In this document: in pieces, positions 1 through 13,419 of the stretch
Numbering within the stretch: the first letter of the stretch is position 1
Layout of the letters: every line of letters starts with the position of its first letter
Origin: Isurus oxyrinchus
Taxonomy: Eukaryota
Assembly: GCA_026770705.1 (NCBI GenBank)
Contig: JANJGN010000026.1
Coordinates: forward strand, 23,870,001-23,934,000
DNA length: 64,000 bases
Reading direction: 5' to 3'
Made by a program: the position numbers and the translations under genes
Notes under the pieces: model-generated
Databases searched by the model: none
What the model was told of the DNA's origin: nothing
Seen by the model: only the letters and a program-made list of their open reading frames with translations

Positions 1-270
1 AATTAACTGAAGTTCTGCATCCCTGAACCGATTCTGGCCAACTTCTCTGCGCCTTTTCGAAACCATTCACATCCCTCCTAAAGTAGGATGCCCGGAAGTG
101 ATACAATGCTCCAGTTGAGGGGGAACCAGTGCATTCCAGGGGATCAGTAGCATTTCCTCACTTTTGGACTCTATGTCGCTGTTATGAAGCCGATGATACC
201 AATTGTTTAAGCATCAATTTCTCAGGCTGTCAGGCCATTTATGCCCAAATAGTGCACAGCGTTTGTTGAA
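1..270 (-). mobile_element. CR1-like LINE fragment (degenerate)
   Basis: Resembles the reverse complement of the CR1 ORF2 3' region seen at 7190-7810 and 63330-63830; no ORF. Confidence 0.5.
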
Positions 271-2732
271 GAATGGATAATTGAATGAATTATTTTAGCA
301 GGAGTATTGTGGGCGGCTCGAAGTATAAAAATATTAAAGGCTCTGAGGAGCCAGAAGGGATATACGAACTTGATGTCTTCAACGGCTTTATTCTGTGCTA
401 CAAAATTATAAGGTCAATTGTAAATACATTCGTGGAGATTAGGTGATTTCCCCCCACCTCTTCCGCGTGTGTGTGTGTCTGCCTTGGAGCGTTTGTGTGT
501 GCTTCTTTCAAATTAAGCCCGCAAATGGACAAGAATTTGAACTCTTTCCGTGCCTTGTATCACCAAGTAGGTCAAAATAATCTGTTTCTATTGGTGGGAG
601 TGTAGAGAGGAAGAACAGGTGGTTTGGTTTAGATTTGTTTCCTTGATGAATCGGCCGTGGAAAGCAGCGGCTCCAACAATTCAACGCGGCTGAGAAAGTT
701 CCCTATCTGTGGCACAGGGAATGCGGGCTGAAGTCATGGCGTTTCTTCAGACTCCGCCCAGCATTAAAACACCCAGCTTGGAAATCGTGTAACTCTTGAC
801 CCGGACGTTGAAAGACGGGTGCAACCGTCGTTCTAAAAGGGCACTGCAGCTCTCGAGCTATTTCACTAAGTTTTGTCATTTAGGAGGAATGGATAGTTGT
901 TGAAATAAGGGTAGGAAGAAAGTGACAATTTTAAAAATTCAGTAAACTGGCTAAACATCAATTGTTTTTTTCCAACAACTCAAAACGATTTCGTACAGTC
1001 AATACGTGAAGTTTTCGAGGAGTACATGCCATTAATTCAATTCAAGTTGTAGTAATAAACACAATCTGGATCTTGTTTATCCCTATATCCTCATGAAGCA
1101 AAGCATATGAACTTGGGAGTACAATAATAATTAAGGCCTGGTAAATGCTAGCAGAGGCAGAGCCTAGCGTAATAATCAAGGAGGAAGTGGCTAGCACAAT
1201 AATAATGGAGAGCCAGTGAAACATTCACAGAGAAACAGCCTAGCATAATAATCAAGAAGCCTAGGACTGTTACAAAAATACCCCAATATTTCCTCATGTG
1301 ACTTAATCTAAATTTGGTTTCATAGCTCCCGTGTGAGGTGCTTTAGGATATTCTATCATGTTAAAGTGTTTTTAAATGCACGTTGTTGTCGTGAGATTAG
1401 GCTTTGTGTGTACATATTCGTTGGCTAATGCTGGCTTAACTTGAATTCTGTGTGTATAACTTGCATTGTGCGGGGACCTTATATGTTGGGTGTGAGTCTA
1501 ACTTCAATTATGTGAGTGCATTCGGCAACATGTGACTCTCACTGTCATTCTGATTCTTATCTAGTCTCAGGTCACTGAGTTATGCTGGTTTCGGCCTGAT
1601 GGCTAACAGCTTCTTTCAGTATCTCTCATAAATGAACATGCTATATGACGAAGCCTCTTTAGATCTGCCCAAGTACTAGCAAGTTCCATTCAATGCCACA
1701 GTGGGCTGCATGAGACATCAAGACTCGATAGTCGTCTCCCAAGTGTGTCCCAACATTCTACCATTTCCCAAAACGTACATGCAAATTATTGCTGAAGCTA
1801 TTTGTTCAAGTAACTGTAAATAATTAGAGAAGCTAATTGCCTCTCTGTAGAATTCTAACAGTATATATGAGGGTCTGTTTGAGCTTTGCACAGAGAATCT
1901 CTGTGATCAACTATCACCGGCAGAGACCATCTCTTCTCGTAGGAAATGCATGGCCGAATATCTGGCGTAGTTTACGGCATTTACTATCCAATTCTTGCTG
2001 CTATTGGAGTTCCGGGTCAGTCTTTGGGCTAAATCATTAATTGGACAAATGACTGTTTTATGAAGTTGTTTCTGTCAATGACAATTAACAATGTGACATA
2101 GTCATCTCCATGTATTTGTTTAAACACATTTGGTTAGGGGTATACTAACTTTCCATCGTTTCAATATTTCTTTGTTTTAATCTCAATATTAAAAATTAAG
2201 TCTCTGAAACACCCAATTCTCTGCGTCTATTCCTTTACACCGTCCCATGTGAAGGCTGCTCAGGTCGCTAGATTCATTTTTCAAAAGTAATATTCTGGTA
2301 CCTTTTCGAGAACAATAATTCACGGCTATTTTTCTACAAGTGGGGAACTGGAGAATACATTTCCAACGATACCAACTTTGGGTCGATTTTGATTTTGTGT
2401 TAGTTTAAAAACGTTAAATGGGAGTACAATAGCCGGTGTTACATCTGCCTTGAATGATGGTTCCATTGTTTTCAGGTAAATTACAATTCTGGAGGGATGG
2501 GGAATGAGCTGCAGTTTCATTATCAGCCATTTCACACTTCCACTTGAAGTTAAGCTTCACCTACTTGACGTGGTTGAGGGGTGAAATTGGCTTTGAGCTG
2601 TTAAGCAAGCTGGCTGCTAGTTTTATACTCGATCCAGTTCTCTGTCCCATTGACATCAGAGGAGTAGAAATCGGACCGACTGTAAAACAGGCGGCTCATT
2701 CGATCCAGCCCAAAAACGGTTCCTGCCCCATG

Positions 2733-2865
2733 GGAGTCAAAGGGTATCGGGGGCAGGTGGGAATGTGGAATTGAGGCCATAATCAGATCAGCCATGATCT
2801 TATTGAATGGCAAATCAAAGAGGGGCCGAATGACTTGCCTCTGCTCCTGGTTCGTATGCTTCTAT
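2733..2865 (+). mobile_element. CR1-like LINE 3' tail
   Basis: atcagatcagccatgatcttattgaatggc...ggggccgaatg...ctcctggttcgtatg; same tail at 45420-45560. Confidence 0.7.
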
Positions 2866-3919
2866 GTCCTTGAAACATTCGCCCAAGGCTACTGAATTAA
2901 TAGTTTGGTGGCATAGACACGATAGTAATCTTCCCATTGAGTTTGGGCTCCCTTACATTACGCCCATCCATTATTATTTTCCATTCTATGCTAAAATTGC
3001 CCTTTAATTTGTCTTTGTGTGGGTTTCCAGTTATAACGAATGCCATGTATTCGTTATATAATGAATGTCAAATGTCAATGCGGAGATCTGATCAGAAAAA
3101 TCACTGACATCAAATGTTTTTAATTACAAAGTCAGTCATTATATTTACTGAGTAAAGTAACATAAGTAACTAAGTTTGAGGTCTTTGTCACTTTCATGAG
3201 AAAACCAGCTTAACATTTACTTCCTGAAGCGACTCTTACTGAGGTGCCATTACTTTGTTCTAATGGGTGGTTTTGCTACTCTGTTCTGAAACATTTTTTC
3301 TCTGGCCAGAGCTGGCTCAGGGAGGAAGGGAACGCTGTTGTTTTGTTTCATACATGACAAAAACCCCGGTCGATAACTGTGTTTGCAGAAATATCGTTGA
3401 GGCGAGCAAAGGAATTTACAATTTAACATAGATCTTTCATGGGAATCAGGTTATGTTCCGCAAACGGGAGCTCATGGTTACGTCACTGGGTTAATGATCC
3501 AGAGGCCTGAGCCAATGACCCAGGGACATGAGTTCCAATTCTACTAATTAATTTAAAAGGCGATCATAAGTAACTCTGGAATAAAGTTGTAGTATCAGGA
3601 ATAGTGATCAGGTAACTACTAGACCATCACAATAATCTCATTGTGAAGTTAGAAAATTAGGAAAGTCACAGGTTTTAGTTTCGATTAGTAGTCGAAAATT
3701 ATCTTTTTATCTCTTCATTTTTCTCCCTGACATGTGGGGCGAAATTGGTCTTAGTCAGCCGCAAAAACCGATATCTAAACTCAGTTTGTATCCTGTTTCA
3801 CTGACGTGTCAAGTGAAGAAAATCATGCCAGACATAAAATCAACCGCCAATTCATGATCGCCAGCTTGTGTGACCAGCCCGTTCCATTCTGTCCCGCTCT
3901 CCTTTAGAGGTTTCTCCTT

Positions 3920-4345
3920 AAAAACATAAGAAATAGGAGTAGGGAGGCCCATACAATTCCTCCAGTCTGCACTTTATTTAATATGATCGTGACGGAACTT
4001 CTATATCAAAGCACGATTCTGCCCTGTTCTTATATCCACTGATTCCCTTAGTGCCCAAAATCCATCAATCTCGTCCTGAAATATGCTCAGTAACTGAATG
4101 CTCACAGTTCACCTGCGTAGATAATTCCAAAAATTCGTAACTCTGACTGCAGAAATTTCTCACCATCCAAACCAGAAATTCCTTATCCTGAAAATATGAC
4201 CCTTGGTTTCACACTAACTAGATAGAGAAGCAGCTTCTCGATGCCTGTTTGTCATGTTACCAAAAAAATTGAAACATTTCAAAGAGAGTATTTCTCATGT
4301 TTCGGCACTCTGAGAATATAGGCACATTCTACTCAATCTGCACCC
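3920..4345 (-). mobile_element. CR1-like LINE 3' fragment
   Basis: Starts aacataagaaataggagtaggg...; reverse complement of the CR1 tail. Confidence 0.65.
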
Positions 4346-4789
4346 CGTGTCTCTGGCATAAGCCAGCTCTGTCCCAGTTCCTTCTTCCGGATACCGCAGG
4401 ATAGTGTAAAGTGATCTGGTAAATTTGCAGGTCAATAAAGTTCACAAACGAACTCCTAAAAGTGTAATACATTACTTGGTGATGTACATTTACATGGGCC
4501 ATTGTATTTCAAACGAATGTGCTAACACCTGTAAGAAATCGTTTGAACACCAATGGTAACTCATCACGAAGGACCTTCACCATCGGCAGATCTCTCTTCC
4601 TGTGACTATTTCAAGTGCTCGCTGTTCCCTGAAACACCAGATTTAGCTTTGACACTGTCTTACAACGCTTCCGACTGCAGGGTATCTTTAAATCTTGCCA
4701 GCAAACACAATAAGACGTGCAACTTATTTCATGCCATCTCTTTTACCCATATTAAGGGGCTTTGAATACTAGGAATTTCTGCTCACCGA

Positions 4790-5985
4790 AGTGAACAAAC
4801 ATGATTTGTAAACACTGATCAGTCCTCAACTTTAACCCTGACATAGCTGAAACCTGGTCCTGGGGAGGAGGATGGTATCTTTCATTCAGACGTCCTTAAT
4901 CCCCCTTACAAAAACAACGGTGTCTCTTTAAGCCACTTTGGGCCTTCAAGAGCAGCAAGATTGTATTCCAACACAATGTGCGGCCTCATGTTCTGGTGTA
5001 TCCCTCAACCTATCATTACCATCAACATGGGGGACGCAAATTTGTTCAATCAGGAGTGTGCAAACATTGTTGGAAGCAGCACCAGACCTAGCTAATGAAA
5101 TTATCTAGAAGTGCCCCAGTGGATGATCCCTCTCGGCCTCTTCCTGAGATCCTCCGCATCACGGATGTCAGTCTTTGGCTAGTTCGATTCACTCCATATG
5201 ATATCACGAACCAGCTGAGCACAGAAGAAATAACAAAGGCTCTGTCCTGGCTGCGATGCTGAAGAAGTTTGCTCCAGAACTAGCCGTGACTTAAGCAAAT
5301 TTGTTGCAGTAAAACTATAGCACTGGCACCTACACGACAAACTGGAAACCGCAGAGGTATATCCAGCCAATAAAATTCAGGCAAAAGAGAACCCAATCCA
5401 ACAGCACCCCGTCAACAGGGTGTCCATCATCAGCAAATTGACAGAAAGAATTTTCGGTTGTGTTATCAAGTGGCACTTACTAACCAATAAGCTGCTCATC
5501 CATGCTCAGTTTCGATCCTGGCAGGGTCATCTAGCACAAGATATAATTATTACGTTTCTAGAAACAAGGTCACAGAATCTGAATCCAGAGGTGTGGTGAA
5601 GGGCACTGTTGATGATGTCAAGGTAGTCTTTGACTCTATGTGCCAGATGAGGTCAATTGGGGTCAGGAAGCAAGCTCTCTAATAGCTGGAATCAAACCTA
5701 GTACAAAGAAATAGGGTTGTGGTTGTTGGATGCGAATCATCTGAAACTTTATATATCGCTGCAGGGGCTTCTCTGGATTGTGTACTAGTTACATGCATCT
5801 TCAGCTGTTTTATGGATGATCTTCCCTGCATTATGAGTCGGTACGTTGAAGCAATCCGCATTTAACATGATCTGGACAACGCCCAGCTGATAAATGGCAA
5901 ATGACATTCGTGCCGAACAAGTTTCAGGTGATTATGATTCAGGTGATAATGATTTCCAGGCCGACCATTCCCCCCGTTGACATGT
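4790..5985 (+). mobile_element. Degenerate CR1/HER1-like LINE ORF2 fragment
   Basis: 5590-5980 is visibly homologous to the RT region at 46710-47200; many stops and frameshifts. Confidence 0.7.
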
Positions 5986-6429
5986 CCATTGCGTCAGTTT
6001 CATCGTCCGATCTCACACCATCAATCTCCGCAATGTCACCACCGACGAAAAATGTAGCTGAACTAATTAGCTGCAATTATCCGACGATTCAGATTCTCTC
6101 TGCATGCTCGCTCACACCATGTCCCTCCTTAGCGCACATTGGTCCCCGAGTTCAAAGTTGGTTCCTCTCTCCTCCTGTTGAACATTATTGTGCCGGTCTC
6201 AAGATGAGACCTTTGAGGCCTTGTGACAAACGCAGAGAAGAAAACACATGGAGAGGGTTCAGGAGGCTGTGCTCCGAGATATACAGGATGATGGAAATAT
6301 TAGATAAGATGACACAACGAGTCTGATTTAGATTTTCAGTGTATGTGTGCAAATACATAAAAGACAAGATGAGAAGGGTGAATAAACTGTGGGCAGAAGT
6401 AGTTATGTAGGATTATGATGCAGCTGTGA

Positions 6430-7170
6430 TAACTCATAGAGTCATAAATTCAGAGAGTCATTTTGGCCCACGAGTCCATGCCGGCTCTCTGTAGGACAAT
6501 CCAGTCAGCCCCATTCACTCGCTCTATTCTATTAGCCCTGAATGTTTATTTTTCTCAATCTCCCTTCCAATTCCCTTTTAAAACCAGTGGAATAGTGGAG
6601 CTAGAAATCGTAATGTGGAACTATTCTCCTCATTCTTCTCTGCTCCTTCTCAAGGAGTTTCACATTCTTCCTCAAGTGTGATAAGTAGAAATGGGTGCAA
6701 CATTCTCGTTGTTCTCCAACCAAATCTTATTAAAGTTTCGGTATATTTTCTCTCTTTTGTACTCAATGCCTTAATTTAGGAAACTCAAGGTCGACTGTGC
6801 TTTTCTAACTGCTCCTTGGATATGTCTTGCAACATTCAAATATCTATGCATATGAACCCAGAGAACTCGCTGTTCCTGTAAATGCTTTGATTTAGTATAT
6901 ATAGCTTCTCCCTAGCCATTCTGCCAAGATGCATCATATGAAATTCCATCTCTCACTTGTCTGACAATCCTGTTGGCCTATCTATGTCCGTTTGCAGTCG
7001 AATGGTATCATTCTCAATTTGTGACACATTTCCAAATTTGATAACACTGGCCAGTTTTGAATTTTTACTCAGTAGTGAAATACAATGGGATTTACATATA
7101 GCACCACAGTAGTCGTCGTACTGACCATTGGGGGTCACCACTGTCTGTCATCAAAAAATAACATTATTTT
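6430..7170 (-). mobile_element. CR1-like LINE fragment
   Basis: catagagtcat...ggcccacgagtccatgccggctctct tail followed by reverse-complement RT-like sequence. Confidence 0.6.
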
Positions 7171-7189
7171 GACTTTTAAGTGAGGTTGT

Positions 7190-7810
7190 CCACATTGGTG
7201 GTATGAATAGAAAATCGGAATGTCTGGCGAGAAACTACAGACTGACACAGTACCGAGGTATCCATACATGAGTCACAAGATGTGAGCAATGGAAAGACTT
7301 GTAGAATGTTGCAAGTGCACAGGGAGTTGGTGAGACCATGTCTAAAGTACGTTGTACAATTTTGGTGTCACTATTGAAGGAGGATTATACCTGCACGTAT
7401 AATGCTGTTCAGCTGAGTTTCACTTGGCTGGTTCCTGGGAACAAAGAGTTGACTTCTGATGAAAAATTGACCTGGTTGAGCTTATACACATTGGAGTTTA
7501 GAAGAATGAGAAGTGATCTTTTGGAAACATATGAGGTTCTCAGCGGGGTTCAGAAAATAGATGTTGAGATCGGGGAAGCAAGAACTCGGGGCACAAAGCC
7601 AAAATAAGAAGTCTCCAATTTAACAGCTTTGAGCAGAAATGTCTCCTCTCAGAGGCGTTTTTTTGATAATTTTCTACGCAGAGAGTGGTTGAGGCTGTGT
7701 CATTGAACATATCTAAGGCTGAGTTGCACATGTTTTTTGATCTACCAGGGGACCAAAGATTATAAGAGGCAGGCAAGAAAATGGCATTCAGACCACAATC
7801 AGAGAAAAGG
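7190..7810 (+). mobile_element. CR1-like LINE ORF2 C-terminal fragment
   Basis: ORF 7338-7607 contains LSLYTLEFRRMRSDLLETYEVL, typical of the CR1 ORF2 C-terminus. Confidence 0.8.
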
Positions 7811-8192
7811 ATGGAAAAAGTAGATTTACACAGGCCTTTCAAAAGCCAATTAAATTAGCAGCTGAAGGAAATCAAATTCCACAGTTATTGGGGATTGTAT
7901 GGGTCTTGGAGCTAGTTAAACTGTTGCTGCAGAGGGAGAGAGAGGGATAGAATGACAGACAGTCATGCAGGAAGTCACAGAGAGAGAAATGAGCAGAAAG
8001 AACCTGGAGTGGTGGAGAAAGACTAACTGGCGAGATATAGATAACTGTTGAGTATCTTTAAGAGAATGTTCATCACTTAACTTGTGGGGACGGGGGGACG
8101 GGGGTGGGGGGGGGGGTTGGGTGCAGGGTTGGGGGTTCCATCCAATTACATATTGTGTGGAGTCAGGATGTTACACTGGAAAGGCAGGGAAA

Positions 8193-8860
8193 GCTTTTTG
8201 TACAGGGCTCTCGTGACCTGGTGAAGTTATGTTTCCTAGAACATAGCTATACACAGTGCTGTCAGACAACTTCGCCTAATGAATGGTTAAAGGGACCGTT
8301 CTTGCAGCTTTATGTAAAATAGCATATAGCAGACGTTTCCCAAAGATGTTTGTTATGACGTGGCAGGTGATGTATGCAAGCCAGACCAAATCCACAAGGG
8401 AAACTTGGCCACGCACAGCTGCTTTGAAATTTGTGTTTATTACGGTACGCGACCACCCCCCCACCCACCACCCTCCCCCCCCACCCCACACCCACACACA
8501 CACACACCTTAAACCAGCTTATATTTCAACTCTTTCTTGGACTCGAACTCAAGTTCTGTCAAAGGGTCATGAGGACTCGAAACATCAACTCTTTTCTTCT
8601 CCGCCGATGCTGCCAGACCTGCTGAGTTTTTCCAGGTAATTCTGTTTTTGTTTTGGATTTCCAGCATCCGCAGTTTTTTTATTGTTGTTTTTATAAAGAA
8701 ATATGGGGGCTGGTTTAAAACATCGTTACCAAGACTGTAAATGTAATTATTCTAATGCCCTTGTGGTTATCCACCTGACAGTGCAGGGGTGCTGTTGCGA
8801 TATTCATGGCGATCTGAGATTGTCTACCTGGGCTGGGTTCGATGCTTTGTTGCACCTGGA
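8193..8860 (-). pseudogene. Highly degenerate TCR V pseudogene interrupted by a G-tract and a Penelope terminal fragment
   Basis: FR3-like ...HKAARTVPLTIH*AKLSDSTVYSYVL, then CATAACT-23bp-ACAAAAAGC (8231-8193); possible acceptor and FR1 remnant at 8700-8860 is less certain. Confidence 0.55.
8500..8690 (+). mobile_element. Penelope-like element terminal fragment with hammerhead-like motif
   Basis: Matches the terminus of the element at 31468-31610 in the opposite orientation (gggtcat..ggactcgaaa...gatgctgccagacctgctgagtttttcc). Confidence 0.75.
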
Positions 8861-9049
8861 AGAGTTTCGAATTCCCGATAGAAACGGCCTTTGAACAGAA
8901 CCAGGAGAGAATTTCGAACTACCGCCCAACCACAGTGAGGAGGGTGGAAGGGAAAGGAGCAAGTGTGGTAATGCACCAAGGAGCCTTTGACGAGGATGAT
9001 AATATGTGAAATAATAACAATTAGAAACTGAAAATGTACATTTATATAG

Positions 9050-9440
9050 CAATTTATACAACCTCATCACGTGCTAAACTCCGTACAGCCACTGCAATGT
9101 ACACACTGATGTAGGAAACACGGAACCAATTACCGACAACAACATCCCACAAGGACCAGTGTGATAATGACCAGATGATATTTTCTTTTTAGTAATGTTG
9201 CACGAGAGATAAACATTAGACAGGATACCAGCAAGAACAGACCTGTTCTTCTTAGAAATAGTGAAACGGATATTTTAAGTCCAGCTGAGTGGGCAGCCAT
9301 TCGAATTTGACGTTGTTTGAGTACGACACTTCCGACAGTTCAACACTCCCTTGGTATTGGGCTCGAGAGTTTGAACTCAATACTGGGGAATGGGCCTTGA
9401 ACCCATGATCACCTGACTCAGGGACGTGAATAGTAGCACT
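9050..9440 (-). mobile_element. Deu-domain (SacSINE1/AmnSINE-like) SINE, degenerate
   Basis: Reverse-complement similarity to 38765-39200. Confidence 0.6.
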
Positions 9441-9464
9441 GAACCACGTGGTTGAACAATAACA

Positions 9465-9835
9465 ACACCGCCACTGTCACATAGTGCTTATGTTACTGGA
9501 CTAGGCATTTAAGTGTCTGGGCGAATGTTCCAGAAGCATCAGATGAAACGTCACCACCCTGGAAACACAAATTAAGTTAAGCAAATGCATCTGAACGTGA
9601 AAAAAGACCATCATGATTGTTAGTGAATCCCATGAAACCACTGGTTAGTCGTTAAAACCAACCACCTTCCAGTGAAATATCCAGTCTGGTGTTTATGTGT
9701 CTACAGGGATATAGTTGTCTATTGACTGCCCTCTGAAATGCCCTATCAAGCCATTCAGTTGTCGGAAGAGAAATTAGAGATCAACAATAAATATTGGTCT
9801 TACCATCTACGCCTACAACTTGTGAATGAATTGAA
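9465..9835 (+). mobile_element. HE1-like tRNA-derived SINE, degenerate
   Basis: Similar to 38125-38485 and to the reverse complement of 51790-52155. Confidence 0.6.
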
Positions 9836-10602
9836 CAAAACACATTCGCGGCCATAAGCAGGGGTCAGCTGTAGTACAGATTGTAACAGCATTTACATAT
9901 TGTCCAGAGCGAGGCCCGCTCAATAACAACAGGACAACTTTCTAACTGGTCTTCAAATGTTTCACAGGTGTTGCTTTTGTATGGATCAACATCGATATGG
10001 CGCCTTCACAGGTTAACATGTCATACAAGGATGACAACATCACTGAAGGGTTGTAACTGTCAGGAAAGGTTGAACAGGCTGGTCTCTTTTATATAAAAAG
10101 CTGTGACTAAACGGTGACACAAAAGAGTTCTTTAAAGTCATGAAAGATTTCGATAATGTTGGAGAAAGGTTTCTGCCCATGGGAGTCCAAAACCAGAGAC
10201 CATAAATGTCAAATTTTCACGAATAAATTCCACCAAAGGATTAAAATAAATTTATTAAACCAGTGACTGGTTGGAATGGGATCTCGAAACACCCGGGTTG
10301 GCTGAAGCAATAACTGTAAATGTATTTAAATAGAAGCTAAATAAAGGCCATAGGGTGAAGTGAAAAAAAAATGCGCTGATGGTATTAGATCAGGTCGTGT
10401 GGGAGAAGGTTCGTGTGGAGCATAAACATCAGCAGAAACTAATGGGCGGAATGACATGTTTCTTCAATACAATTTTACCAATATGCTGTCGGGGGCAATG
10501 ATATGTGTAAATCCTCATTGTCTAACACAAAGGGCAGACGTATTGTTAACAATAATGTCATGGCTGATCTTTGTGAAGCAGAGTGTGTCTCTCCCGAGGG
10601 CA

Positions 10603-11155
10603 GGTTTTTGTACAGCGTGGTCGCTATTGCTGTCACAATAAGTGCCTGGATTACACAGAAATAGGCGGTGGAGTCCGACACCTTCGTCCTTCCGAAAGGG
10701 AAATAGCCGAAATAGCCTCTCTTCTCGGCGATTTTGAGTTCAATTTTCAATCGCCCGACCACATCATTTCCGTTTCCTGTGCTGCTCATGACCCACTCCA
10801 GCCGTCCATTTGGACTCACTCTGTACCAGTGGAAGGCGGATGTCTCCGAGCTGGTATAGCTACAATAAAACTGCGCCGGATCTCCCGGCTCGATTGTTTT
10901 GGAAACTGGCGACTGCAGCACTTCATCCGCATGACCCCCCACCCCCAAGCCTCCTTCTGCAACTACCCCACCACCCACCCACCCCCCCCCCCCCCCCCCC
11001 GCCGCCCCCATCCCCCCCCGCCCTGGAAAAACATGAATAACATCCTTGCTAAAGCTTTTATCATTTTCGTTGGACTAGAAAAGCAAGGGGTTGGGCTCCA
11101 GTCGATCGGGAAAATTGCAAATCAACAATAGCTCATATGAAGACAGAGAATACAT
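10603..11155 (-). pseudogene. TCR alpha/delta-type V segment; open V exon but defective RSS and leader
   Basis: DEVLQSP..FYC..WYR..DSTAYFCVIQ; acceptor ttttccAG at 11024-11023; about 85-bp G-rich insert after the acceptor; 9-bp duplication (ggctatttc x2) in FR3; heptamer disrupted (CAC-ttat-TGTG) before a 22-bp spacer and ACAAAAACC; leader-like MYSLSSYELLLICNFP at 11155 lacks a GT donor. Confidence 0.85.
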
Positions 11156-11338
11156 TGCTCAGGGACCAAATTCATTACTTAGTTTACAAGATATCATCAT
11201 AACATTTTGCAACGCCGTCTTTATGAAAGACATGCACTGGTTCCCTTTCTCTGCCTCTAGACCAGAGACCACATTGACCCTCCGAAAAAAAAGCATGAGC
11301 TGAGTTGCATAGCCCCACAGTCTAAAAACATATTACAG

Positions 11339-11392
11339 TTATATATATATATTATATGTAATATACATATTATATGTATGTATATATATACG
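11339..11392. repeat. (TA)n microsatellite, imperfect
   Basis: Direct inspection. Confidence 0.85.
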
Positions 11393-12235
11393 CACAGTGC
11401 AATTTTATAAACCACAAAGCTAGCGACAGCAAGAAATGGAATCAGAAAGGCAAGGAAAAGAAGAGAACGAAACAGAATGAAAGGAAAAGGAAAAATGAGC
11501 AAATTAAATGAGAGAGAAAAAAGCAATGCATAAAAGTAAGGAAGAACTGGGTTGAACTGATGGTGAATGAATGTTTTTAAACAATTATCAAACCAATGTA
11601 ACTCGATTACTTTAAACACCCTTCTTCAACTTCCTTTGAAATCAAGAGCGATTTCCTCTGGTCAATACATATAGGTAAGATGATAAACAGAGAGGACGAT
11701 TTATTCTGGTTACTATGTCCAATGGTGTCTGAATTTTTTTTTTGTATTTCAAATCATCCTTCAGATAACAGTAATAATCAAAGTGGCAATTTAGACTGCT
11801 CTGCTCCCGATGTTGCTGTTACAAAGTCAAAGAGGAAATTTTATCTCCAAGTTTTCTTCAATTGACCAAGGTGGGGAAAGACACTCTGAGCAAACAGTAT
11901 AAAGGAAGAAGTGATTTAGAAAAAAATAATGTATCATATATGCTCCATTGCAATATATCGGACAGTGGAGACATTCCTCCTGTCATTTACTGAACAGGGT
12001 TGCAAAGAAGGTTTCGAATGTTGAAAATCCATCAAATACGAATGTAGTATTTAATTCTCTGGTGACACTTTTCTGTCTTCATTGCAATCCTGACTGCAAT
12101 TCGAAAGTCGTTCGTTGGTTGCAAAATAATTGTGGGAGCCCCTTACTTCGCTGTTTTCTTCCACGTGTTGTTTTTGTAGTGGCTGTTTGATTGTCTTGAT
12201 TGTCACTCAACTTTCCGAGGCTTTTCACAAGGAGG

Positions 12236-12645
12236 GGATACGGTATGAACCCGGGGCTGTTCTCACACATTGTGGCCCATGGCAGAGTGATAAACAGCAC
12301 TATTCACTCATCCTGGTCGCGTCACGTATGCTGAAATTTGGATGCTGTGGATTTTAAAAAGGCTTTGACGCTGCTCTCCCTTGAATCCACAGTGGGTGTA
12401 TACCAGGAGCTCACACAACCAGTGGATTGTATGAGCAACTGTTGGAGCATGAGCTGAAGCTGGGCTGAATCATGACTGAATCCGCTTCCACTGGTAATAG
12501 TTAGACAGGTAGAGAATCCTGTACCAAACACGAAGCATCCTTGGGTATAATTTGTGAATCTTCATACTCAGGCAGTTGTATAAACCCAGTGATTGGAATG
12601 AGATATATAATACTCACAGATTGGTAACAGCAAGAATACAACCAT
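12236..12645 (-). pseudogene. TCR V pseudogene
   Basis: Leader MVVFLLLPI + T|GTGAGT (12645-12618); acceptor tacAG, exon from 12518; frameshifted body ending ..SAVYHSAMG; RSS CACAATG-23bp-ACCGTATCC (12274-12236). Confidence 0.75.
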
Positions 12646-13419
12646 GACTGTTTCTCTTATCGTTGACCGGCGACAACAGGTTACGGTTCTTTTGTTAACT
12701 GATGATTGTTATTTTGGAGACCTCAACATGTGCAAGCATAAAAACAGATCCAAAGACTCCGCCTCTTACCAGTTGCACTGGGCACGGACAGGATCAGATG
12801 GAGATAAGCTTTTCAATTAATATTTGGTATATATAAATAAGATACATTCCGTCATATAAAGATTATGGAACAGAAACAATATTGCTTCCCAAAATGTAAT
12901 GAGGGATTTTTACACGTGTATGAAAACTGGATAGAGAATTGTACGCCCTTCTGTGCTTTCTCAGTTAGTTGCAGCATCTTGACCAAGAGAACATATATTT
13001 CCTGGTGTAGTTTATGACCATTCGACTTGGTATTTGAAATGTCTTCACTTTTGTTCAGTTTATAAGTTGAATGTTTACAGAACTCTGCTCTGAGGCTGAA
13101 TATCTTCAGGAAGCTTTTGTATCAATCCTTTTAAATTTATCCATGATAGATGACGATTGGACATCGATTGGGAGATAGCAGTGAACCTGAAAGGAAAAAT
13201 CAACGGGAACAAGGCCATGTTAAGCAGATTGTTTGAAGAGAGGGAGGCAGATGACGAAGCAGGCGAATTAAGACTGGAATTCCTAGAGGGTGGCTCAGAT
13301 TTCTTTTGAACCGACATGCCAGAAGCAATGGAAATGGGTTAAACATGCTGCTGAAGAACTCAGTAATCGGCAGAAACTTTGCGTTGGACAGGTTGTAATG
13401 ATTCGCCAGTGAGAATATT

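Noticed and set aside
10583-11131. 182-aa plus-strand ORF and similar ORFs overlapping V exons or the Penelope element
   Set aside because: Antisense shadows of V or RT coding sequence and G/C tracts
12930-13190. Possible ancient V relics here and at 24640-24945 and 16780-16910
   Set aside because: Only acceptor-like and faint peptide hints; no recognisable Cys, Trp or RSS set
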